From a virus (Duplodnaviria > Caudoviricetes), in the IMG/VR virus record IMGVR_UViG_3300046331_000070, positions 1 to 63,331 of that record: a stretch of 63,331 bases of DNA. The stretch is one strand, 5' to 3'. Numbering within the stretch: the first letter of the stretch is position 1; each line of letters starts with the position of its first letter. Both the position numbers and the translations under genes were made by a program. The notes under the pieces were generated by a model. It saw only the letters and a program-made list of their open reading frames with translations. It was not told the DNA's origin and ran no database searches. Positions 55,226 to 63,331 of this stretch are shown one piece after another.

Positions 55226-55896
55226 AAATTGCATTATGTTTTTCTGGCCAAGCCAGATCATTTGAAAAAGGTTACGAATACTATAAACGTAACCTGTTGG
55301 ATCATTATGATGTGGATGTGTATATTCATTCTTGGAAATTCCCAGAGAGTGAGAAGATGATTGAATTGTACAGACCTAGAGCCTGTCAATTTGAAACACC
55401 ACTTGTCAATGATGCTAATGAGAAATACACCAATACTCCAAACGCATCCAAATACCCTCCACAGTCTACATTCAATATGTTCTATTCGATGTTTGAATGT
55501 AGTCAGATGATTGGCAAGGAGTATGATTGGATCATTCGTTCACGACCTGATTATGCACTGAATGTAAAGATTCCGTTTGAAGAACTAGATAACACCAAGT
55601 TATACATTCCTAATTGCAGAATGGTACCAGAAAGAGATTTTGGTAATGACCAATTTGCATTTAGTAGTTGGGAGAATATGTTATCGTATATGTCAACATA
55701 TATTTTCTTAGATGATTATTATAATGAAGGAGCTCAGTTCATTGGTGAAGATTTAATGCAGGCAAATCTACGTCATAGAAATCTTTGTGGAGAAAATCTT
55801 GTTTATGTCAATATGAACAATCCATTCCCACCAGGTAAACATAATGGAACTTGGCATTCTCTGATTAGAGATGATTACGAACAATGGACAAAGTAG
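55222..55896 (+). CDS. Glycosyltransferase-like protein
   Basis: KIALCFSGQ.R, DVYIHSW, YDWIIRSRPD, NDQFA. Confidence 0.6.
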   Translation: MKIALCFSGQARSFEKGYEYYKRNLLDHYDVDVYIHSWKFPESEKMIELYRPRACQFETPLVNDANEKYTNTPNASKYPPQSTFNMFYSMFECSQMIGKEYDWIIRSRPDYALNVKIPFEELDNTKLYIPNCRMVPERDFGNDQFAFSSWENMLSYMSTYIFLDDYYNEGAQFIGEDLMQANLRHRNLCGENLVYVNMNNPFPPGKHNGTWHSLIRDDYEQWTK

Positions 55897-56627
55897 TAAA
55901 GGAATTTAAAGGACATTCTGGAAGTAAAGTGTATCTCATGGAAGATATGGACACACTTTACGTTAAGAAGATTGGTAATATAGAACGGAACATAGAGAGG
56001 TTAAAAGACCTTCATGATAAAGGTTATCCTGTTCCTAAATTGTATTACTATGATGAAGATTATGTTTCTATGGAATACATCCATGGAATGGATATGAAGA
56101 ACTACTTGATCCATAATAATATAAACCAATTAAGCCGGTTTATAATTAACACCTTAAGCAGTTTTGGTGTTTCTTCAACATCAAAATACTACACCGATAT
56201 ATATGACAGCAAGATTTCATGGATTGATGGAACAGAAGGTTTTCCATTCAAAAAAGAAGAATTAATAGCAAGATTACCAGAATATCTACCTCAATCCACA
56301 TATCATGGTGATATGACACTAGAAAACATCATGTCTGGTAACAAACAATTCTACATGATTGATGCTGTATCGATTGAATATGATTCATACATATTTGATA
56401 TAGCCAAGATGAGACAAGATTTGGAGTGTAAATGGTTTATCAGAAATGATGATGTCAAACTGGATGTCAAGTTAAAGAATCTTCAGGATAGAATACTAGA
56501 AAAGTTCCCATTAGCAAACAATGATTACCTTCTAATACTGATGTTGTTGCGTGTCTATAAGCATACAGTAAAAGGTGATCCAGAACATGAATTTATAATG
56601 AAAGAGATTAAAAGATTATGGAAATAA
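55884..56627 (+). CDS. APH/choline-kinase-like phosphotransferase
   Basis: GHSG, PVPK, HGD.TLENI, ID, D.AK..QDL. Confidence 0.75.
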   Translation: MDKVVKEFKGHSGSKVYLMEDMDTLYVKKIGNIERNIERLKDLHDKGYPVPKLYYYDEDYVSMEYIHGMDMKNYLIHNNINQLSRFIINTLSSFGVSSTSKYYTDIYDSKISWIDGTEGFPFKKEELIARLPEYLPQSTYHGDMTLENIMSGNKQFYMIDAVSIEYDSYIFDIAKMRQDLECKWFIRNDDVKLDVKLKNLQDRILEKFPLANNDYLLILMLLRVYKHTVKGDPEHEFIMKEIKRLWK

Positions 56628-57646
56628 TTGTACCTGCAGCCGGATTGTCGACCAGATTTCCGGATATGAAACCAAAATATCTGCTGTATGATTACAAACA
56701 TGAATTGATGTTAGCGAATGCCATTAAACCATATTTGTATCTGGGCATTAAAGTCAACATTGGTATTCTGAAAGAACATGATGAGAAATACAATGCGTCA
56801 GAATTCCTGAAACATGAATTTGGTCATGATATTAATATTGTTGTCTTAGATCAACCAACCAAAGGTCCTGCTGATACTGTGTACCAGATTCTGATGAAAA
56901 CTGGTTTACATACATCACCAATTCTCATTAAAGATTGTGATAGTTTCTTCAATCATGATATTGATACAGGAAATTATGTTTGTGTTTCGAAAATATATCA
57001 ACACGAAGTCTTGAAGAAATTATCTTCTAAAAGTTTTGTGGTTTCGAACGAACAAGATATCATTACCGATATTGTTGAGAAACGAGTTGTTTCGGATACA
57101 TTCTGTGTTGGTGGTTACAAATTCTCCAGTGCAGCACTATACAAAGAGACATATCAACAAATTTCACAACAGAATGAAATCTTTGTTTCGGATGTTATTG
57201 GTCGATGCATCAATTCAGGTTCAATCTTTACTGAAAAAGTTGTGACTGATTATACCGATGTTGGTACCGCACAAGATTGGTTTGAGTATAATGATAAGCC
57301 AGTAATCTTCTGTGATATTGATGGTACAATCATTGAGGCACAATCTCGTGTTGGTAAAAATGATTATTCGTCACCACCAGTTGTGTTAACCAAGAATGTT
57401 GAACGTCTTTTGGAATTATATAATAAAGGTGCTCAGATCATCTTTACAACTGCACGACAATCATACCATATAAAAGTCACCAGGAAGATACTGGACGATT
57501 TAGGATTCATTAATTGTAGTCTGATAATGGATTTGAAGAACGCTCGTAGGATCGTAATTAATGACTTTAATAATGCAAACCCATTCCCAAGAGCAGAAGC
57601 AATCAACATAGTTAGAAATTCGGATACATTATGCAATTACCTATAA
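56618..57646 (+). CDS. Nucleotidyltransferase fused to HAD phosphatase
   Basis: PAAG.STRF...PK N-terminal domain; CDIDGTI and TTAR C-terminal domain. Confidence 0.8.
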   Translation: MEIIVPAAGLSTRFPDMKPKYLLYDYKHELMLANAIKPYLYLGIKVNIGILKEHDEKYNASEFLKHEFGHDINIVVLDQPTKGPADTVYQILMKTGLHTSPILIKDCDSFFNHDIDTGNYVCVSKIYQHEVLKKLSSKSFVVSNEQDIITDIVEKRVVSDTFCVGGYKFSSAALYKETYQQISQQNEIFVSDVIGRCINSGSIFTEKVVTDYTDVGTAQDWFEYNDKPVIFCDIDGTIIEAQSRVGKNDYSSPPVVLTKNVERLLELYNKGAQIIFTTARQSYHIKVTRKILDDLGFINCSLIMDLKNARRIVINDFNNANPFPRAEAINIVRNSDTLCNYL

Positions 57647-58338
57647 TTCCAGATAAAAACCTGTTCATAGTAACTTCTGCTGTCAAACCAGTAATTGGTG
57701 TTTTTGACCATGATGAAAGGTTTGAACAAACAATCACATCACTGAAATCTATACGAAATAAAGTTCCTGATGCGATCATATTGTTGGTTGATTGTTCGGT
57801 ATCAACACTAACCCATGATGAGAAGAAGTTGCTGACTGAAAACTCCAATATTTTTCTGAATTTGTCATCAGAACCAAATTGTGCCCATTTTTCAAAGACG
57901 GGCATGAAAAGTCATGCAGAAAATGCCATGTTGTTTTTCACATTACAGACATTGAAGAATAACAAAGATATCAGTAACCTATTAAACACAGTCAAAAGAA
58001 TTTTCAAGTTTTCTGCAAGGTCTGAGTTGGATGATACCTTTGATATTACTGAATATGACAACCTTTTTGGTAAATTTGTATTCAAAGATCGCCTTCCAAC
58101 ATGGATGTCAAATGTTCAACATGGCGCAGACCACCTGTTTATTACCAGGATGTTTTCATTTTGTCCGTCTTTGATCGACACATATTTGCAGGTTATACAG
58201 AAAAATATGCAGGTTTTGGATACCTTGGATACCGAACATGCACACTTTGTAAACATTCCCAAAGACAACCTGGTTGAATTTGTAATGATACATTGTCATG
58301 GATGGCTTGCGGGAAATGGCGAAATCGAATATTATTGA
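57631..58338 (+). CDS. Hypothetical protein, possibly glycosyltransferase-related
   Basis: FIVTSA, ERF.QT...SI, IFK.S.R; last gene of the sugar cluster. Confidence 0.55.
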   Translation: MQLPIIPDKNLFIVTSAVKPVIGVFDHDERFEQTITSLKSIRNKVPDAIILLVDCSVSTLTHDEKKLLTENSNIFLNLSSEPNCAHFSKTGMKSHAENAMLFFTLQTLKNNKDISNLLNTVKRIFKFSARSELDDTFDITEYDNLFGKFVFKDRLPTWMSNVQHGADHLFITRMFSFCPSLIDTYLQVIQKNMQVLDTLDTEHAHFVNIPKDNLVEFVMIHCHGWLAGNGEIEYY

Positions 58339-58371
58339 CAACTATATATCGATCCCAACAATTCTATTTTC

Positions 58372-58412
58372 TTGCCATTTTTGGCCAGATGAGTTATAAT
58401 ATTGTATAAATA
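58372..58412 (+). promoter_or_regulatory. Adjacent sigma70 and late promoters
   Basis: TTGCCA-17 nt-TATAAT, then TATAAATA at 58405. Confidence 0.6.
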
Positions 58413-58459
58413 ACCTAACAAGGCAACCATAGTGTGTTGCATTTCTTAAAGGTATTCCA

Positions 58460-59677
58460 ATGAAATCATTTATCTCCTTCTTAAAAGAAGAAACTGAAGA
58501 ATCTAGTCAGCTGAAACATATTCATCACGCTGAAGATCGTCCACTAATGCATGGCCATGCGGGTTTCGAACACGCATTTGGTGCTCTACATCAGGCTCAT
58601 GCACATATTAAGGCTGGTCACCAGAGCAGCAATCTAACGATGAAATATGATGGTTCTCCATCAATTGTCTTTGGTCACCACCCCAAAACTGGTAAATTCT
58701 TTGTTGCAACGAAGTCAGCATTCAACAAGAATCCAAAGATCAATCACACCGAAGCGGATATTGACAAGAACCACGGTCATGCACCAGGTCTTGCACATAC
58801 ACTAAAACATGCTCTGAAACATCTACCTAAAGTAACACCAAAAACTGGTGTTTACCAAGGTGACCTGATGCACCATGCAGATACCAAGACCTTACATGAA
58901 GGTTATATGGTTGAAGCGAAATCAAGTAAGGTTTCGTTTACTCCAAACACCATCACTTATACTGCTCACGGTCCAGAAGCAGAAAAGATCAAGAAATCTA
59001 AAGTTGGTGTGGTTGTTCATCAACAATATCACGGTTCGGATATTGACAAGATGCACGCTTCTGCTCATCCTGATATGAGCAAGTTCAAAGAACATCCAGA
59101 CGTTCACTTACATGGTGCAGAACATGATACCAGTAAAGTTAAACACAGTGAACAAAATGAAAAGACCTTCCAGAAGCACATGACTGCTGCCAAAGAGATT
59201 CATGACACACATGGTCATAAAATGTATGATGCGGTTCATCCAAAACACTCAGGTGAGACTGGCCATCTATCGACATACATTAACCATACTGTAAGACACG
59301 ATGAAGTTCCTAGTGTTGAAGGATTTAAGAAACATCTGAAATCTCAACATGATAAGATGGCATCTAAAGTCAAAACAGAAAAATCAAAAGCAGAAAAGAC
59401 TAAACAAGGCGAATCTGAACTTGCACACGTTGAGAAACATAAAGCACACTATGGTAATCTTTTTGCAATGCATCATCACCTACATCAGGCAAAAAATGCA
59501 TTGGTCAATTCTTTAGAGACACATGAAGGTAGATATCAACACCACATTGAAGGTAAGAAATCAAAGCCAGAAGGTTTTGTAGTTAATCACAAACCAGAAG
59601 GTGGAAAAGAAGAACCTACTAAGTTGGTCAATCGTGCTGAATTTGCAAAACAGAATCTATTAAAAGTTAGAAAATGA
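58460..59677 (+). CDS. His-rich protein with ligase-like KxDG motif (DUF6267-like)
   Basis: KYDGSP, QGD.M, EGFV, KLVNR.EF; N-terminal MKSFISFLKE. Confidence 0.65.
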   Translation: MKSFISFLKEETEESSQLKHIHHAEDRPLMHGHAGFEHAFGALHQAHAHIKAGHQSSNLTMKYDGSPSIVFGHHPKTGKFFVATKSAFNKNPKINHTEADIDKNHGHAPGLAHTLKHALKHLPKVTPKTGVYQGDLMHHADTKTLHEGYMVEAKSSKVSFTPNTITYTAHGPEAEKIKKSKVGVVVHQQYHGSDIDKMHASAHPDMSKFKEHPDVHLHGAEHDTSKVKHSEQNEKTFQKHMTAAKEIHDTHGHKMYDAVHPKHSGETGHLSTYINHTVRHDEVPSVEGFKKHLKSQHDKMASKVKTEKSKAEKTKQGESELAHVEKHKAHYGNLFAMHHHLHQAKNALVNSLETHEGRYQHHIEGKKSKPEGFVVNHKPEGGKEEPTKLVNRAEFAKQNLLKVRK

Positions 59678-60300
59678 TATCCTTTAAGGACTTTTTAGTT
59701 GAAGAACAGAAACCAAAAACACTTCATGCATTTGACATGGATGAGGTGTTGTTTCACCACGACAATTCAAAAGTAAAGGTTCATGTAAAAGACAAAGAAG
59801 GTAAGCACGTTAAATCATTGACGAATCAAGAATTCAATTCACACAAATTAGAGCCAGGTCATAAGTATGACTTTAGTGAGTTTCGTTCTTCTAAGGTGTT
59901 CAAGAAATCTGCACATCCTATTCACAAAATGATTAACAAATTAAAGGCGATACATAAGAATAAACAAGATGTTAATATCGTAACTGCTCGTGCAGATATG
60001 GATAATAAACATCATTTTAAAGATACACTACATAAACATGGTATTGATGCTGATAAAGTTCATGTTCGCCGTGCTGGTAACTTGAATGCTCCTAGTCCAG
60101 GAGAAGCAAAACATAAAGTAATTAGTGATTTGATTAAAAAACATGGTTACAAAAAGGTTCACTTGTATGATGATTCTAAGGATAACTTGCATCACTTCTT
60201 AAAATTAAAGCATGAACATCCGAATGTTGAATTACATGCTCATCACATTGAACACAATCCAGATACTGGCCACGTTAAAACTACAACTACCGTCAAATGA
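59674..60300 (+). CDS. His-rich HAD-superfamily phosphatase
   Basis: FDMDEVL, VTAR, K, YDDS..N; N-terminal MISFKDFLVE. Confidence 0.75.
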   Translation: MISFKDFLVEEQKPKTLHAFDMDEVLFHHDNSKVKVHVKDKEGKHVKSLTNQEFNSHKLEPGHKYDFSEFRSSKVFKKSAHPIHKMINKLKAIHKNKQDVNIVTARADMDNKHHFKDTLHKHGIDADKVHVRRAGNLNAPSPGEAKHKVISDLIKKHGYKKVHLYDDSKDNLHHFLKLKHEHPNVELHAHHIEHNPDTGHVKTTTTVK

Positions 60301-62105
60301 AATCGTTTTTAGAATTAGTAGAAGAAACAAAAGCACCAGAGCATCACCATGTGATGACTTTTGGTCGAATGAATCCGCCTACAACCGGTCATCTTAAATT
60401 AATTGACAAAGTAAAAGAGATTGCAAAGAAGCACAATGCAACTCATACTGTTGTCACATCACATTCACAAGATGCTAAAAAGAATCCATTATCTGCTGAA
60501 CAGAAGGTTAAACACCTGAAACGTTATTCGCCAGGTACAAACTTCCAAGCGTCTACCAAAGAACATCCAACATTCTTGCATCATGCCGCAGAACTACACA
60601 AGAAAGGTGTAACTCACCTTCATATGGTAGTTGGTTCTGATCGTGTAAAAGAAATGAAGGAGAAGTTACACAAGTATAATGGTACACACGAAGGTGCATT
60701 GTATAATTTCAAGAAAGTTACTGTACATTCTGCTGGCGAACGTGATCCTGATGCAGAAGGTACTGAAGGTATGTCCGGCACTAAGATGCGTGAACATGCT
60801 AAGAACAAAGATGTGAAATCTTTTAAACAAGGTGTTCCATCTCATGTTTCAGACACACACGCAAAAGAATTGATGCATGATACCCGTACAGGTATGGGAC
60901 TGCACGAATCTGCATATCACGGTATCTTCAAAGCAATTTTTGTTACTGGTGGACCTGGTTCAGGTAAAGATGTTGTTATCCGTGAAGCGATTGCAGAACA
61001 ACGTGCTGTTGAATTGAATTCAGTACAAGCATTTGAATACTTGGCAGATAAACAGAAGTTATCAGAAAAGACTAGTGATTATCGTAGAGAAGCAATTCGT
61101 AACCGTACACCATTAATCATCAATGGTCCTGCAAACGATAATGAACGCATCTTGTACATCAAAGAAGAATTAGAAGAACTTGGTTACTCCACACTGATGG
61201 TTTTTGTGGACACCAATGAACAAGCAAGTAAAGAGAGAAATGAAAAACTGACTAAAATGGTTTCTGAGTCGGTTCGCCATGATAAATGGTTGCAATCACA
61301 AAGAAACAAAACAACTTTCTCCAAGAAGTTTGAAGATTTCATCTATTTTGACAACAGTGCGTCATTCGTCGATGACGAGATAATGACGGAAACATACCAA
61401 CAAGTTAATGCGTTCATTGATGGAAAATCATACAATGATGTAGCATTCTCATGGTTGGAGAACCAAGGTAAACTGAATATCAACGGTTCAATTAAATCTC
61501 TCTATAAGGAAAACAAAAATGTTAACAAAACTAGTAACCAAGATTCTAAGTCTATTCAAAAAACCAGAGGTGTTACCATCACCGCCGGTAGAAGTCCAAA
61601 AGCAGACGGTCCAGACGATTTCACCCCAGACAATCAAGCAACCGACCCCAACGCAGACAACATCAAGTGGGACGCCAACAAAAAAAGAGGCGGTTACACC
61701 TTCAAAACCTACACCGAAGCCAAAGGGTCAGCCAAAGAACCCACCATCAAAGTCTATCCCGAACCCAAAGAAACCAAGTTCAGCAAAGACAAAGAAAAAA
61801 TAAAGAATTCGAAATGGTTAAATAGTCCATCAGGTGCCATTAAAGCTCCAGGAATTGGACCAGAATATGACACCCGCACCCAAGGAACAGTATATCCTAT
61901 GTCAGGTATGGGTGATGTGACGTACCGAGAAGAAACAAACTTCAAGTCTTTCAGAAACAGAATTAAAGAAGCCATCGATGATCCAGGTGCAAACGACATG
62001 GGTGTTGGTGGTGTCTTAAATGGTGCTTCGAATAAAGAACCTTTAGTTACACCACAAGATGTTAAAAATGGTGGATTACTAATAAAGAAAAAAAAGAATC
62101 GTTAA
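60297..62105 (+). CDS. Cytidylyltransferase-like domain fused to a P-loop kinase domain
   Basis: FGRMNPPTTGH, VVGSDR, MSGTKMR; then GGPGSGK; N-terminal MKSFLELVE. Confidence 0.75.
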   Translation: MKSFLELVEETKAPEHHHVMTFGRMNPPTTGHLKLIDKVKEIAKKHNATHTVVTSHSQDAKKNPLSAEQKVKHLKRYSPGTNFQASTKEHPTFLHHAAELHKKGVTHLHMVVGSDRVKEMKEKLHKYNGTHEGALYNFKKVTVHSAGERDPDAEGTEGMSGTKMREHAKNKDVKSFKQGVPSHVSDTHAKELMHDTRTGMGLHESAYHGIFKAIFVTGGPGSGKDVVIREAIAEQRAVELNSVQAFEYLADKQKLSEKTSDYRREAIRNRTPLIINGPANDNERILYIKEELEELGYSTLMVFVDTNEQASKERNEKLTKMVSESVRHDKWLQSQRNKTTFSKKFEDFIYFDNSASFVDDEIMTETYQQVNAFIDGKSYNDVAFSWLENQGKLNINGSIKSLYKENKNVNKTSNQDSKSIQKTRGVTITAGRSPKADGPDDFTPDNQATDPNADNIKWDANKKRGGYTFKTYTEAKGSAKEPTIKVYPEPKETKFSKDKEKIKNSKWLNSPSGAIKAPGIGPEYDTRTQGTVYPMSGMGDVTYREETNFKSFRNRIKEAIDDPGANDMGVGGVLNGASNKEPLVTPQDVKNGGLLIKKKKNR

Positions 62106-62118
62106 TACGGAGAAAACT

Positions 62119-63331
62119 ATGATTAATAAAAAGGTTGCAGCAGTCGCTGATGCTGTTAGAGATATTTTACAACAAGAAGCAAAAGAATTATCAGCAAAGC
62201 AGAAGAAAATTGCTGCTCTTGCTGGTGATAAAGATAAGATCGATGCAGAAGATTTTAAAAAACTTCGTGGTGAAGAACTTGAAATTACCATGACTGCTGA
62301 AGAATTTGAACAATTGGATGAATTGTCTAAAAAAACTTTAGGTGCTTATATAAAGAAAGCTTCTGTTAATAATATGGCTCAAGGTATTAAATTTGGTTCA
62401 CACGCAGAAAAAGGTGAAACAGATGATGCCATTAAGGTTGGTAATAAGTTTAGTAAACGTAGTGGTAACATCGGTAAAGCTACTGATAGATTAACCAAAG
62501 AAGAAGATAGTACACAATCAGCAATGTCTATGTTTTCTAGAATCATGGAAAAAGTTGCTGAACGTGAACTAGATGAAGCATTCCCTACTGTTGCTGATGC
62601 TCGAAAAAAAGCAAATGCGCCACAACCAAGTGGTGGTGCAGGTATCAAACAAGGTACACGTTACGGTGGTGGTCGTCAAGCACCTGATGTAGAACCAGAA
62701 GATGATGACGAAAAGAAACCATTTACTCGTATGAGTGGTGCTCACAAGAATCGCAGAACAGATACCAAACTGTATAAAGAAGAAGAAGTTGACGAAGCTG
62801 CTGGTAAGCTAGCCGAGGAAGGTGTAGTAAAAGATATCAAGCGTTTGGTTACTGGTAAAGATGCAAAAAGTCGTGCTGGCCAAGAAATTGCTAAATCACA
62901 AGATGCTAATATGAAAGGCGACTACAAAACCTCTAAGAAGCATTTTGACCGTTTTGATAAATTAGATAAATTAACACAAAAAGAAGAATTTGAATCTGTC
63001 GATGAAGCTAAAGATGAATATGACAAAATGTTTGATAAACTTATGAAAAAATCTGGTGACAGATTGACGAAAAAGTATTCAAATGATGTTAAAAAAACAA
63101 AAGATAACAATAGCGGTAAATCATTGGATAAACACATCAAGAAAAATCCAAATGTAATCAAAACCTATTCAAATGATGTTCAAAGAACAAAAAAAATGTA
63201 TGGTGAAGAAGTTGATGAATCTGCATTCGATCCATTAAAACACGTTAAGAATCCTACTCCAGGTGAAAAGACTGCTGCGAAAGATGTTAAACGTGGAAGT
63301 TATGCTGATCGTGCTGCAATGTTAAAATCAG
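62119..63331 (+). CDS. Probable head-internal protein, 3'-truncated by the window
   Basis: GGAG SD; frame appears open to the window end; recurring [LV]DE motifs separating basic segments (QLDELSKKTLGAYIKKA). Confidence 0.65.
   Translation, partial: MINKKVAAVADAVRDILQQEAKELSAKQKKIAALAGDKDKIDAEDFKKLRGEELEITMTAEEFEQLDELSKKTLGAYIKKASVNNMAQGIKFGSHAEKGETDDAIKVGNKFSKRSGNIGKATDRLTKEEDSTQSAMSMFSRIMEKVAERELDEAFPTVADARKKANAPQPSGGAGIKQGTRYGGGRQAPDVEPEDDDEKKPFTRMSGAHKNRRTDTKLYKEEEVDEAAGKLAEEGVVKDIKRLVTGKDAKSRAGQEIAKSQDANMKGDYKTSKKHFDRFDKLDKLTQKEEFESVDEAKDEYDKMFDKLMKKSGDRLTKKYSNDVKKTKDNNSGKSLDKHIKKNPNVIKTYSNDVQRTKKMYGEEVDESAFDPLKHVKNPTPGEKTAAKDVKRGSYADRAAMLKS

Noticed and set aside
60900-61500. Zeta toxin of a toxin-antitoxin pair
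   Set aside because: Only a generic P-loop is visible, fused in a larger protein with no antitoxin neighbour
1-63331. Genome-wide TAG reassignment suggested by the CUA tRNA
   Set aside because: Core genes are full length in the standard code with no in-frame TAG breaks

Overview
A 63 kb segment of a large T4-like myophage genome, AT-rich and almost entirely + strand. In order: the end of a tail-fibre-like gene; the neck, terminase, tail and head module (gp13-gp23, gp3); recombination and late-transcription genes (uvsY, uvsW, gp55, gp47/46); peptide deformylase; clamp, clamp loader and regA; hsp20; an ~11 kb cluster of 28 tRNAs covering all 20 amino acids; groES; a DNA polymerase gene split in two by an HNH endonuclease; uvsX and gp41; a sugar-modification cluster; and His-rich enzymes that appear to carry capsid-targeting N-termini. 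The most unusual signals are in the tRNA region. (1) A leader peptide using 19 of the 20 amino acids in 31 codons sits over mutually exclusive antiterminator and terminator helices ahead of the tRNA array, like a general translation-capacity attenuator. (2) A CUA (amber) tRNA is followed by a mini-ORF whose TAG readthrough would open an SD-sequestering hairpin of the next gene. (3) Many structured non-tRNA RNAs lie between the tRNAs: cassettes with a shared closing stem, CCA-ended RNAs, a D-armless Gly-like mimic and tandem pseudoknots. All product calls come from motif recognition and T4 synteny by eye, and all RNA folds are hand-derived; no searches or folding programs were run.
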